A stretch of DNA of 64,000 nucleotides from assembly GCA_963818965.1 (NCBI GenBank), contig CAWFUG010000009.1, positions 32,001 through 96,000 of the forward strand. The letters are read 5' to 3'. A program made the translations under genes and the position numbers. The stretch comes from an uncultured Verrucomicrobiae bacterium. Its GTDB lineage: Bacteria > Chlamydiota > Chlamydiia > Chlamydiales > Rhabdochlamydiaceae. Below the pieces are notes generated by a model. That model did no database searches. It was not told the origin of the DNA and saw only the letters and a list, made by a program, of their open reading frames with translations. Below, one piece after another: positions 26,415 to 35,680 of this stretch; the first letter of the stretch is position 1, and each line of letters begins with the position of its first letter.

Positions 26415-27513
26415 TATTTTTTGTGTTTTGTGTTTTTAACTTGGGTATAAGTATCGGTCCGGCCCTTTTGTAGAGCGCGCGTCGCACCTCGACATTTCCG
26501 AGCTGGCCGCAGGCGGCCATGATGTTCTGTCCTTTAGTCCCGCGCAAAAGAGTCTGGTAGCCATGAGAGCGCATCCTCTGTAGAAAGGCGTCTTTATCAG
26601 CCTCAGCAGGAGGAGCGAACCGGTCGCGGCTCTGGGGATTGTAGGGAATGAGATTGACCTTCACTTTGAGGCCCTTGAGATACGCGGCGAGCGTGTCAGC
26701 TGCCTCTAAAGAGTCATTCACCCCCGCGATGAGGACGTATTCCACTAGAATTTCTCGACGTGGATGCGCGCAATAGGCGAGCATCGCCTGGTAGAGCTCT
26801 TCCATGTTCCACTTTTTGTTAACCGGCATGAGGCGGTTGCGCGTCGCATCATCGTGCGCATTCACGGAGACAGCTAGATTAAGAGCGGGGTTGGCTTCGC
26901 GGGTCATTCGGAGGATTCCATCGACTCGGCCACTTGTAGAAATCGTGATCCGGCTGGGTCCAAAACCCATTCCGGCGGGGTCTGTTAAGACGCCCACTGC
27001 TTGCATGACAGCCTCGTAATTGTCGAAAGGCTCTCCCATGCCCATGAAGACGATATTGCGCAGGGTAGGAGACAGCCGGCGTGCCCAAAACACTTGAGCC
27101 ACGATCTCTTCGCAGCTTAAATGGCGGATCAGCCCCATCTTTCCCGTCTCGCAAAAGGCGCACCCCATCTTACAGCCGATTTGGGAAGAGATGCACAGCG
27201 TGGGGCCTGATTCCATCGGAATTAAGACCGACTCACTCTCCAACCCATCGGAAAAGCGGAGCAAAAATTTGATCGTCTCCCCCTCCTGTTTTTGCTGACT
27301 CATCTCGGGTAGGGAAGTGCACAGCGCATCGACCATGCGTCGGACGAGATCGAGTGCCTGCGGCTCTGCCCAGTCTGCTATGCTATCGAAGTTCCCTTTT
27401 CGAAACCAATCGGCATAAAGGCGTGCGGCATGCTGCCTGCCCTTGCCGAAACGGCAGAACATCTCTTCGACAAAACTCTCTTGGGTGTGGGAAAAAATCG
27501 AAACTTTGGACAT
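26392..27513 (-). CDS. rlmN: Radical SAM 23S rRNA/tRNA methyltransferase RlmN
   Basis: CISSQIGCKMGCAFC, NIVFMGMGEP, AACGQL. Confidence 0.93.
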   Translation of the reverse strand: MSKVSIFSHTQESFVEEMFCRFGKGRQHAARLYADWFRKGNFDSIADWAEPQALDLVRRMVDALCTSLPEMSQQKQEGETIKFLLRFSDGLESESVLIPMESGPTLCISSQIGCKMGCAFCETGKMGLIRHLSCEEIVAQVFWARRLSPTLRNIVFMGMGEPFDNYEAVMQAVGVLTDPAGMGFGPSRITISTSGRVDGILRMTREANPALNLAVSVNAHDDATRNRLMPVNKKWNMEELYQAMLAYCAHPRREILVEYVLIAGVNDSLEAADTLAAYLKGLKVKVNLIPYNPQSRDRFAPPAEADKDAFLQRMRSHGYQTLLRGTKGQNIMAACGQLGNVEVRRALYKRAGPILIPKLKTQNTKNSALGRSI

Positions 27514-27528
27514 GATTAACATTAAACA

Positions 27529-27602
27529 TGCACCGAACAGGACTTGAACCTGTAACCACCCGGTTCGAAGCCGGGTACTCTATCCGATTGAGCTATCGGT
27601 GC
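27529..27602 (-). tRNA. tRNA-Arg (anticodon TCG)
   Basis: GCACCGATAGCTCAATCGGATAGAGTACCCGGCT-TCG-AACCGGGTGGTTACAGGTTCAAGTCCTGTTCGGTGCA folds as a cloverleaf; CCA is not encoded. Confidence 0.95.
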
Positions 27603-27644
27603 AAAAGAGATCGAGGATACAGATACAGTGAGAAAAAGACAAGT

Positions 27645-28322
27645 ATGCATGAAGAAAAATTAGAGGCGATCGTCCTCCGCTCCCAAGACTACCAGGAGCG
27701 CCACCGTATCGTAACCCTCTTTTCCGCAAGCGGCCTCATGACCGTGATGGTAAAAAATATTTCGAAGAAAAACACGCGATTGCTCTCTTTGAGCTCTGTT
27801 TTTACGCAAGGGGAGTACCTCCTCTCGCAAGGAAATTCCTCCTTTTTTCGGTTCATCGATGGGACTCTGATCGACGAACACCTCTCCTTGCGCAAGCAGT
27901 ACTCTTCGATCCAGGCGGCAGCACATCTGACGCAAAGTATTCTTTCGACACAGCTCCCAGGGAAAGCCACGCCCGAGCTCTTCTCACTCTATAAGAGCTA
28001 CCTCAAGCAGGTTCCCACCTTTCCCAATCTCACTTCCCTCACCTCGAGTTTTCAGCTCAAGCTCCTCAAACAGGAAGGATTCCTCTCCTTAACTCCCACA
28101 TGTGCCCATTGTTCTGGAGTCCCCGCCTGTCTCATCGACCAAGGGGAGAGCTTCTGTGCCTCACATCATCCCAGCGCCCCCCATCGCTTCACGACTGTAG
28201 AATGGGAACACCTCCATCTGCTCTATGGGGCAAAAAATTTTTCCACACTCCGCCTTTTAAAATTAGAGCCCCTCCTCTCCTCTAAAATCGAAACCCTCTT
28301 CCGAACGCGCTTTTCCGATTAA
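27645..28322 (+). CDS. recO: DNA repair protein RecO
   Basis: AIVLRSQDYQE.HRIVTLFS..G N-terminus; CAHC...FC zinc region. Confidence 0.88.
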   Translation: MHEEKLEAIVLRSQDYQERHRIVTLFSASGLMTVMVKNISKKNTRLLSLSSVFTQGEYLLSQGNSSFFRFIDGTLIDEHLSLRKQYSSIQAAAHLTQSILSTQLPGKATPELFSLYKSYLKQVPTFPNLTSLTSSFQLKLLKQEGFLSLTPTCAHCSGVPACLIDQGESFCASHHPSAPHRFTTVEWEHLHLLYGAKNFSTLRLLKLEPLLSSKIETLFRTRFSD

Positions 28323-28392
28323 AAACATTGATTCGGGTGGGGGTATGACATATAGTGGGAGCAATTAGGTGGTACTTTTTAAGGGGGTACAT

Positions 28393-29025
28393 ATGGTCGA
28401 CAAGAAGAAATTCGAAGAAGAAGAGGCTCAAGGGTACCGGATCGATATCGTAGGGCGGAATCTCGAAGTGACAGAACCGATCCGCGCGTATGTGTGGAAT
28501 AAGCTCTCTAAAATCGAGCGATTTCACAACCATATCATGTATATCCACATCAACTTAGAGATCCAGAAGCTGGAGCACTCTTGCGTTATCATCGCGAAGT
28601 TTGGCCATATCAAGGTCAAGGTTCAAGCAGCTAGCACCGATATGTATGCGACGATCGACCGTGCGATCGATCGGCTTCAAGAGGTTCTGAGCCGCTACAA
28701 GAGTCGGATCCAGGATCACCATAAGAAAGACCTGAGCCACGTCGATATGCAGGTCGAGATCTTGAAGCGACCCCTAGACGAGTTGGAAGCGATCAATGAT
28801 GAGATCGAAGCGGTAAGCGCAGAAAAAGAGTGGAAGAAGTACGCGCCCCATGCCGTAGTGGGAGTGGAGACAAAGCCGCTTAAAATACTGAATTTGAGTG
28901 AGGCGATCATGAAGATGGACCTCTCAGGGGATCAGTTCCTCATCTACCGTGCTGAAGAAGATAAGAAATTGAAGGTGATGTACCGTAGAACAGACGGAGA
29001 CTATGGACTCATTCAGCCTGAATGA
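28393..29025 (+). CDS. hpf: Ribosome hibernation promoting factor (long HPF/RaiA)
   Basis: IVGRNLEVTEPIRAYV..KLSK, DMYATID, and C-terminal EAIMKMDL..FLIY..VMYRRTDGDYGLI. Confidence 0.9.
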   Translation: MVDKKKFEEEEAQGYRIDIVGRNLEVTEPIRAYVWNKLSKIERFHNHIMYIHINLEIQKLEHSCVIIAKFGHIKVKVQAASTDMYATIDRAIDRLQEVLSRYKSRIQDHHKKDLSHVDMQVEILKRPLDELEAINDEIEAVSAEKEWKKYAPHAVVGVETKPLKILNLSEAIMKMDLSGDQFLIYRAEEDKKLKVMYRRTDGDYGLIQPE

Positions 29026-29456
29026 ACCTATTCGATGAAACACGCAGGAGCTGGGTCAAGGCAGCTCCGGAAGAAAGGGTGCGGCAGATGTGGCTGCACC
29101 ATTTGATCCACTCGCTCCATTTTCCCAAAGAACTCATCGTCGTCGAAAAATCCTTAAGAGAACTCCCCTCGATTAACGCCCATTGCGCACCTGACCGCAG
29201 AATTGACATCCTCTGTTATGCAAAAGGAGATCCTCTGTCTCCTCTTCTACTCATGGAGTGTAAGAGGGGGAAAGTGGATCGCTCTGCGATCGATCAGGTC
29301 GTAGGCTATAACGCCTTTGTGCGCGCTCCCTTCATCGCAGTCGCGGGAAAGGAGGAGATCTCTTTTGGGTATTGGGATGGGAAAGAGAAAAAATATATTT
29401 TCGGAGGGATGTTACCCTCCTATGAGGAGTTAGTGACGTGGGCCAAACAGTCTTAG
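29022..29456 (+). CDS. Stand-alone type I restriction HsdR N-terminal-like domain protein
   Basis: PEERVRQ...IVVEK...RIDIL...LMECK...DQ..GYN pattern. Confidence 0.75.
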   Translation: MNLFDETRRSWVKAAPEERVRQMWLHHLIHSLHFPKELIVVEKSLRELPSINAHCAPDRRIDILCYAKGDPLSPLLLMECKRGKVDRSAIDQVVGYNAFVRAPFIAVAGKEEISFGYWDGKEKKYIFGGMLPSYEELVTWAKQS

Positions 29457-30923
29457 AGTTGCAGGAGATCGATGTCTTATGCGTGTATAGAGAGATCGAC
29501 ACGCATACAGTCTTTTCTTGGCTTGAAGAAGACTCTACGCGCTTTTTGGTATGGGTCGTAGAAGGAGAATCTGCTTTTTTTGAAGCGAATGGATCCTGCT
29601 TAGGTGGACATCCGCAGGTCCGTCTTTTTTGCGATTCTGAAGAGGAGAGTCTCTATCAGAGAATCGCTTGGGAGTTCGTGTGGCTGCGCTTTGGATACGG
29701 AGAGGCGCACAGCCCTAGGGCCCAGGAGTTTTTTCAGCGCCTAGAGCATTTTCGCTTAGGAGTTACGCTCTTGGCCTCCGATTTTTGGGACCAGGGTTCT
29801 TCCATCTTGAGCAATGTATTGAAAAATTTCGAGAAATTGCCCCAGGCCAAGGACTTTCGAGCGCTTAAAGGTAAATTTCAGGGGATCCCCGCCATTCTCT
29901 GTGGCGCAGGGCCCTCCTTGGACGCTGCTATTCCAGAGATCCGTTCCTTACAAGAGAGCGCTCTTTTGATCGCGGGAGGCTCTGCAGTTCGAGCCCTCAA
30001 TGCGCACGGCAGTGTTTCCCCACCTCTACACCCACATCGATCCCGACCCTCCCCACAGCCGGTTTTTAGAACAAGAGATGTACACACAGCCCTTGTTCTA
30101 CCAAGATCGCTTCGCCTCTGCTCTCTTGGAGCGCGCGGCAGGCCCCTTAGTTTGGATGCCCGCTGGCGGGAGCTATCCCTTAGAAGGTTGGATGGCAGAG
30201 GAATGTGGGTTGTCCTACGAGCCACTCGAGAGCGGCTGGACAGTTGCCAACGTCTGTGCTGTCATCGCACAGCACCTCGGATGCGATCCGATTATCCTCG
30301 TTGGAATGGATTTTTCCTGCCGCAAGGGATCTGTTTATGCGGGAGAGATTGTAGGGGAGGAACACAGCGACAAATTGATCCCGATAGGAGAAGATCTCTA
30401 TTCGAGAAACGATTGGCTCCTAAGCGCTCAGTGGATGCAGGCATTTGCGAAAAAGCATCCAGAGACCCGTTGGTACCGCGCGACACCCGGAGGAATCGAA
30501 CTCGAAGGGATCGAGCGGTGCGCACTTGAGGCTCTACATCCCATCCATACGCTCGATATGCACGGCAAAGTCCATCAGGTGTTGGCAGAGGCCCCTTTGA
30601 CGGGAGTCTCGGAGAGCCAAGTGGCCCTTGTGAAGAAAAAAGTGCAAAAGAGTTTTGAAAAGTCTTTAGAGTATTGCGATCAGTTGTTAAAGATTTGGGA
30701 AAGGCACTACCCCCATTCCCCCCTGGATGCGGGGGAATACGCTCTACTAGATGTCGAGTTAGAAGGGGAAATTTGTTACCGAGAGTTTCTCTTACCGTTG
30801 TGGAATGTGTGGCAATGGCCCTTTTTGCGCGGAGAAAACCACATGTTGGGTAAAGAAATACACCGAGTGCTGTTCTTTAAAAGAGTCATCGACTCGATTT
30901 TGCGGAGGAAATGTGAGTTCTGA
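29438..30923 (+). CDS. Maf/DUF115 (MptE-like) glycosyltransferase-family protein, split by one extra base at ~30011
   Basis: PAILCGAGPSLD in one frame and LGCDPIILVGMDF in the next. Deleting A30011 restores NAHGVFPHL, like NHGITPHL in the paralog. Confidence 0.8.
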
Positions 30924-31611
30924 ACACTATTTACTCACTGAAAGAGAATTACGGATCGTCGACAAAGAGTTGCAGATCGATCTTTTTTCTGAAGTCAGTA
31001 TCGCCTGGCTGCCTTTGGATTTAAAAAAAGCAGTCTCTTCTTCTTTGGTTCTAGAAAGAGATCGACAGGGATCACTCCTTTCTGCCTATTTGATCTCAGA
31101 TGGCAGGCGACATGGACAGTGTCGCTATTTTTCTGAAGAAGGGAAAGTGCGCGCAGAGATGTTTTACCAAGAAGGCAAGCTGCACGGCCCTTCGACTGTC
31201 TTTGGCCAAAAGGGAGAAGTGCTCGCGAAGAGCTGGTATTTCGAGGGGAAAAAAGTAGGGAAAGTGAGACTCTATTTTCCCAGCGGCGCGCTCAGTAGCC
31301 TCCAGCGCTTTGTCCACGGCGAATGGGAAGGGATTCAGGAATATTTTTACGAGACAGGCGCGGTGAAGAGTTTGATCCCTTTTGTGAATGGAAAATTAGA
31401 AGGAGAGGTACGCCTTTTTTGGGAAGAAGGGCATTTGAAGCGACAAGTGGAATACAGAGGGGGCTTGAGAGAAGGGTGGGATCGACTGTGGAATGAGAAG
31501 GGAATTTTGATCGATCAAGGGGAATACAAAGGGGGCCAACCCATCGGCATTCACCGGCATTGGGACGCAGCGGGCAATCTCGTCAGGGAGAGTAGCTCTG
31601 ATGCTAACTGA
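30913..31611 (+). CDS. MORN-variant repeat (YwqK-like) protein
   Basis: Repeated Y..GKL.G....F...G motifs; GGAGG RBS before GTG 30913. Confidence 0.8.
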   Translation: MSSEHYLLTERELRIVDKELQIDLFSEVSIAWLPLDLKKAVSSSLVLERDRQGSLLSAYLISDGRRHGQCRYFSEEGKVRAEMFYQEGKLHGPSTVFGQKGEVLAKSWYFEGKKVGKVRLYFPSGALSSLQRFVHGEWEGIQEYFYETGAVKSLIPFVNGKLEGEVRLFWEEGHLKRQVEYRGGLREGWDRLWNEKGILIDQGEYKGGQPIGIHRHWDAAGNLVRESSSDAN

Positions 31612-33289
31612 TGCTGTTTTAGAGCGTTACCCCGAGCTTTTTTTTCGACTGAACTATTTCCCTCACACACCGTCGTCTCACCCCAGAGAGCTCTCTCTGC
31701 AGAGCAAAAATGGGGAGGGGATCGATGTCATCTACGTCTACGGTTTATACTTAGCAGAAACGCTTATAACCTGGTTAGAAGGGGCAAAAGAGAGGCGGCT
31801 GATCTTTCTCGAAGATGAACTCGGCGCTGTAGCCGAATACGCGCATTCTGAAAAAGGGGAAATCCTCTTTTCCCATCCCCAGATCGAAATCCACTTTCTC
31901 TCTGAAGAGCTCCCGTTACAAGAAGTGCTTGAAGAGCTCGTTGCCCGACACCCCACCGATCGCGTAGAGATCTATGCAATTGAACCGTATCAAACTGAGC
32001 GTAAAGAACTCTTTGAAGAGATCCGCCTGACCCTTTTGCGACTGAGTACCGTCATGCAAGCACTCATGGCAGAGGCCCTCTTTTCCCATAAGCTTCTACC
32101 CAATCTCCTCGCTAATATCAAACGCTGGCCAGGCTCTTTTTTTGCAGAAGGATTAAGAGGTAAATTCAAAAATATCCCGGCGATCATCTGCGGCGCAGGC
32201 CCCTCTTTGGAGCACAGCTTTTCTCTCTTAAAGAACTCAAGCGATCGAGCGCTCATCATCGCGGGGGGATCGACCATCGCCGCTTTGAGCAACCATGGCA
32301 TCACTCCCCATCTCGGCCTCGCACTCGACCCCAATCGAGAAGAATTCGATCGCCTTAAAATGGCCTCCTCCTATGAAATGCCACTCCTCTTTGCCTCTCG
32401 ATTACAATCGGAAGTTTTACTCACGACAAATGCGGAGCGTGGGTATCTGCACTCGGCGACCGGCGGACCCTTTGAGAATGAGTTGGAACGAGCTCTCGGC
32501 ATCGAACGAGAAGCCATCGGACCAGAACTTGGCAGTGAAGCCTTATCCGTTACGACCCTCGCGCTCGCGCTCGCTGTCGAAATGGGATGCAACCCGATTC
32601 TGCTCAACGGAATCGACCTCGCTTATACAGGCATGCGTCGATACGCAGCGGGCGTCATGCCCTCTTCTTCCGTCGTAGAGACTGAGCTAGAGCAAGAGAA
32701 AAAAGCAGGGGAGCGCTTGCTCGAGCGCACAGATATTTCAGGGCAGAAGACATTCACCCTCGTCAAATGGGTCATGGAATCAGAGTGCATCGCAGCCTTT
32801 GCAAAAGCCCACCCCGAAGTGCAATTCTATAACGTCTCCCCAGGGGGGCTTGGATTTGAAGGCATCCCCAACCGCTCCCTTCAAGAGGTCATCGAACAAG
32901 AGTGTCACGAGACTCTAGACCTCCACTCTCTTGTCCACGGCACCATCCAGTCGCTCAAAATCCCCCTCTCTAAAGAGGCGGTAGCCCATGAGCTCCAGAA
33001 AATCAAAGAGAGCTTGCAGCGTCTTCTTCAGATCGCAGAAGAGATGATCGCAGAATTGACAAGTGAAAAAAGAGCGATTTTCCCCAGTGGGAAGATGACC
33101 CTTTTAGAGCTCGACTTCGAGGAGGAAAAAGCTTACAGCTCTCTCTTCTCCCACGTCATCCCTGCCCTCGAGCGCTTGATCGACCGCAAATTTCCCTCTC
33201 TCCAAGGGGACCTCTTAGAACAAAAGAGCCTCGCCAAATGGCAACAACTCCAGGAAATGATCGCCTACGAGCTCAATTTATTCTCATAG
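31601..33289 (+). CDS. Maf/DUF115 (MptE-like) glycosyltransferase-family protein
   Basis: PAIICGAGPSLE...SVTTLA..LAVEMGCNPILLNGIDLAY. Confidence 0.82.
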   Translation: MLTDAVLERYPELFFRLNYFPHTPSSHPRELSLQSKNGEGIDVIYVYGLYLAETLITWLEGAKERRLIFLEDELGAVAEYAHSEKGEILFSHPQIEIHFLSEELPLQEVLEELVARHPTDRVEIYAIEPYQTERKELFEEIRLTLLRLSTVMQALMAEALFSHKLLPNLLANIKRWPGSFFAEGLRGKFKNIPAIICGAGPSLEHSFSLLKNSSDRALIIAGGSTIAALSNHGITPHLGLALDPNREEFDRLKMASSYEMPLLFASRLQSEVLLTTNAERGYLHSATGGPFENELERALGIEREAIGPELGSEALSVTTLALALAVEMGCNPILLNGIDLAYTGMRRYAAGVMPSSSVVETELEQEKKAGERLLERTDISGQKTFTLVKWVMESECIAAFAKAHPEVQFYNVSPGGLGFEGIPNRSLQEVIEQECHETLDLHSLVHGTIQSLKIPLSKEAVAHELQKIKESLQRLLQIAEEMIAELTSEKRAIFPSGKMTLLELDFEEEKAYSSLFSHVIPALERLIDRKFPSLQGDLLEQKSLAKWQQLQEMIAYELNLFS

Positions 33290-34242
33290 AGAGCGAGTTT
33301 GTTGCGCAGCGTGCGGACACTGATGCCGAGCATCTGTGCTGTTTTGGTGCGATTGTTGTTTTCTTTCTGCAGTGTTTGTAAAATGAGCCTCTTTTCTACT
33401 TCCTCAAGGGTCATCCCTTGGGGATGCATTTCAGCGCCTTCTTTCTGCTTCCTTTCGATCTTCAAATCACTCGAGTCGATGCATTCCGATCGAACCATGA
33501 CGACAGAGCGTTCGATCACGTTAGAGAGCTCTCTGATATTTCCCGGCCAAAGGTAGTGGATCAAATGCTGCTCAGCCTGAGGGGAAAAACGTTTGAGCGT
33601 CCTTTGATTTTCTTGGCAAAATTTTTTCAGAAAAAACTCTGCTAAGGGGAGGATGTCTTCTCTACGCTCTCTTAAAGGGGGCAGATGAATAGGGATGACA
33701 TTGAGGCGATAGTAGAGATCTTCGCGGAAGAGATTTTTTTCCAACGCCTCTTGCATTAAGCGATTGGAGGTGGCGATCAGGCGGATGTCGACGCGTACGG
33801 GTTGGATCCCTCCGACGCGCTCGAACTCTCTCTCTTGGATGACGCGCAGCAATTTTGGCTGTAGATCGAGAGAGATCTCAGACACTTCATCGAGCAATAG
33901 AGTGCCCCGATGGGCGAGTTCAAATCTACCCGGTTTTCTCGCCAAAGCACCGGTAAAAGCCCCCTTTTCATGGCCGAAAAACTCCGACTCCAAAAGAGTG
34001 GAAGAGAGCGCAGCGCAATTGACTTTGATGAAGGGATTTCCCCTACGCAGAGATTGCCAGTGGATCTCTTGCGCGATCATCTCCTTACCCGTACCCGATT
34101 CTCCTGAGATGAAGACAGAAGCGGAGCTCTTTGCGATCAGAGCGATCTCTTCGAGAATTTTAAGCATAGAGGGACTGTAGGCGATCAAAATGTGGCTTTT
34201 CTTATCGCAATCGGGTATCTTCCATTCAGGTCTGTCTTCCAT
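33265..34242 (-). CDS. Sigma54-dependent activator (AAA+ plus Fis HTH, no receiver domain), AtoC/CtcC-like
   Basis: GESGTGKE, GAFTGA, LLLDEV, WPGNIREL, and NRTKTAQMLGISVRTLRNKL HTH. Confidence 0.92.
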   Translation of the reverse strand: MEDRPEWKIPDCDKKSHILIAYSPSMLKILEEIALIAKSSASVFISGESGTGKEMIAQEIHWQSLRRGNPFIKVNCAALSSTLLESEFFGHEKGAFTGALARKPGRFELAHRGTLLLDEVSEISLDLQPKLLRVIQEREFERVGGIQPVRVDIRLIATSNRLMQEALEKNLFREDLYYRLNVIPIHLPPLRERREDILPLAEFFLKKFCQENQRTLKRFSPQAEQHLIHYLWPGNIRELSNVIERSVVMVRSECIDSSDLKIERKQKEGAEMHPQGMTLEEVEKRLILQTLQKENNNRTKTAQMLGISVRTLRNKLALYENKLSS

Positions 34243-34272
34243 GATACTGTCCCCCTTTGCGGATTATAGAAT

Positions 34273-35094
34273 ATGCGCAGTTTAAGAAAAGCCTTATCTC
34301 TCTTCCTCTTTTTTCTGGCCGCTTGCTCTTCGATGGAGCAATCGGAACAGAAGAAATTGCGTCGGCAAAACGTGCAAAAAGAAAAGATCTACCGTCACCA
34401 CGGAGAGACACGCTACCTGACCTTTGGGTTGCAGCCCAAAGAGCGTGCGAAATATCCCTGGGAGATGACCCATAGCGGCAAACACCTCAAAATTTCGAAG
34501 GAATTTTTCCGTTGCAAAGGCTCGAGCTTAAACCCTCCCCACACCGATGCAAAAGATCCCGCTCACTCTTTCGATTGTGTCGGCTCTCAGAGGCATTCGC
34601 TTCCGATGCGCGAGAACCGAGAATTCATCTATCCCATCTTGATCGATTTGCTCAACTACGTGCAGGCAAAGACGGAGTGCAAAGTAATCGTCACCTGTGG
34701 CCATCGCTGTCCTGCACACAACAACTATTCCGATAGTAGCTCCTATAATCGCGATTCGAAACACATGATCGGAGCGGAGGTGGATTTTTACGTGCAGGGG
34801 ATGGAACATCGCCCTGAAGAGATCGTGCGTCTCATCATGGACTATTACCGAGAGGATAAAGACAAGAACTACGTCGAATTTCGACGGTTCGAAAGAGACA
34901 CAATGAACATCTCCACGCCTCCTTGGTACAATAAGGAGATCTTCGTGAAACTCTATAAGAAAAATGAAGGGCGGGATTTCGATAATCGCCACCCTTATCC
35001 CTATTTGTCCATACAGGTGCGGCACGACCGGGAACGGAACGAATCTGTCACCTGCGACTGGCAAAAGGCCTTTAACGGCTACTGCCGTTATTAA
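34273..35094 (+). CDS. Lipoprotein with peptidase M15-like motifs
   Basis: LAAC lipobox; TCGHRC..HN...SKHMIGAEVDF resembles the M15 SGxR/SxHxxGxAxD motifs. Confidence 0.6.
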   Translation: MRSLRKALSLFLFFLAACSSMEQSEQKKLRRQNVQKEKIYRHHGETRYLTFGLQPKERAKYPWEMTHSGKHLKISKEFFRCKGSSLNPPHTDAKDPAHSFDCVGSQRHSLPMRENREFIYPILIDLLNYVQAKTECKVIVTCGHRCPAHNNYSDSSSYNRDSKHMIGAEVDFYVQGMEHRPEEIVRLIMDYYREDKDKNYVEFRRFERDTMNISTPPWYNKEIFVKLYKKNEGRDFDNRHPYPYLSIQVRHDRERNESVTCDWQKAFNGYCRY

Positions 35095-35151
35095 CCACAG
35101 AAAGGGGAAACCACAGAGAGAAAATTCATATTTAAATTTCTTCTCTGTGGT
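35093..35151. repeat. ACCACAGAG-type hairpin repeat/terminator
   Basis: accacagagagaaaatt...aatttcttctctgtggt; related copies at 48487 and 58716. Confidence 0.75.
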
Positions 35152-35159
35152 AAAACCTA

Positions 35160-35576
35160 TTAATGTCCGCCGCAGCAGCCGCCGGTGTGCATCTTCTGTT
35201 GGACTACCTCGACGAGTTGGAGTTGGTTTCCATCGATGTCAGAGACTGTCTGCATGCGTACATGTCCTGGGACCGTTACAATTTCGCCGCACAGTTTTGC
35301 CCCTTTTTCCATGAGACCCTGTACTGCTTTGTCGAGATCTTTGACGGTGAAGGTCATCACAGCATTAGGTCCAATGTAAGGACAGCTAGGATCTTCCTGA
35401 GCTTGTTTCTGCCCAATCCCTAAGCGCGCGCCTCCCTTTTGTCCAGAAAGCTCAGCCCATCCATATTGCTCATTAAATTCGACGAGTTTGAGACCGATCA
35501 CATCGGTGTAAAACGCGATCGCTTTTTTGATGTCTTCGACCATGATCCATGCTAAATCAAAAGATTCTGCGCTCAT
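35160..35576 (-). CDS. VOC/glyoxalase family protein
   Basis: VEDIKKAIAFYTDVIGL...FTVKDLD...DIDGNQLQLVE. Confidence 0.88.
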   Translation of the reverse strand: MSAESFDLAWIMVEDIKKAIAFYTDVIGLKLVEFNEQYGWAELSGQKGGARLGIGQKQAQEDPSCPYIGPNAVMTFTVKDLDKAVQGLMEKGAKLCGEIVTVPGHVRMQTVSDIDGNQLQLVEVVQQKMHTGGCCGGH

Positions 35577-35680
35577 CTTAAATCCTGTATAAAAAATTTT
35601 CCAGAAGATCATGTTTGCACAAAACCCCTTTCTTTTAAAAGAAGAAAAAATTACTTTCACCTCCAAGAAAGGAGCTCATT

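Noticed and set aside
27528..27644. N-terminal extension of recO in the ORF track
   Set aside because: It overlaps tRNA-Arg on the opposite strand; RecO similarity starts at 27645.
29022..29456. Type I restriction-modification system
   Set aside because: Only a small HsdR-N-like domain is present, with no hsdM, hsdS or helicase nearby.
30913..31611. Toxin-antitoxin module (YwqK-like)
   Set aside because: There is no adjacent toxin; the similarity is just generic MORN-variant repeats.
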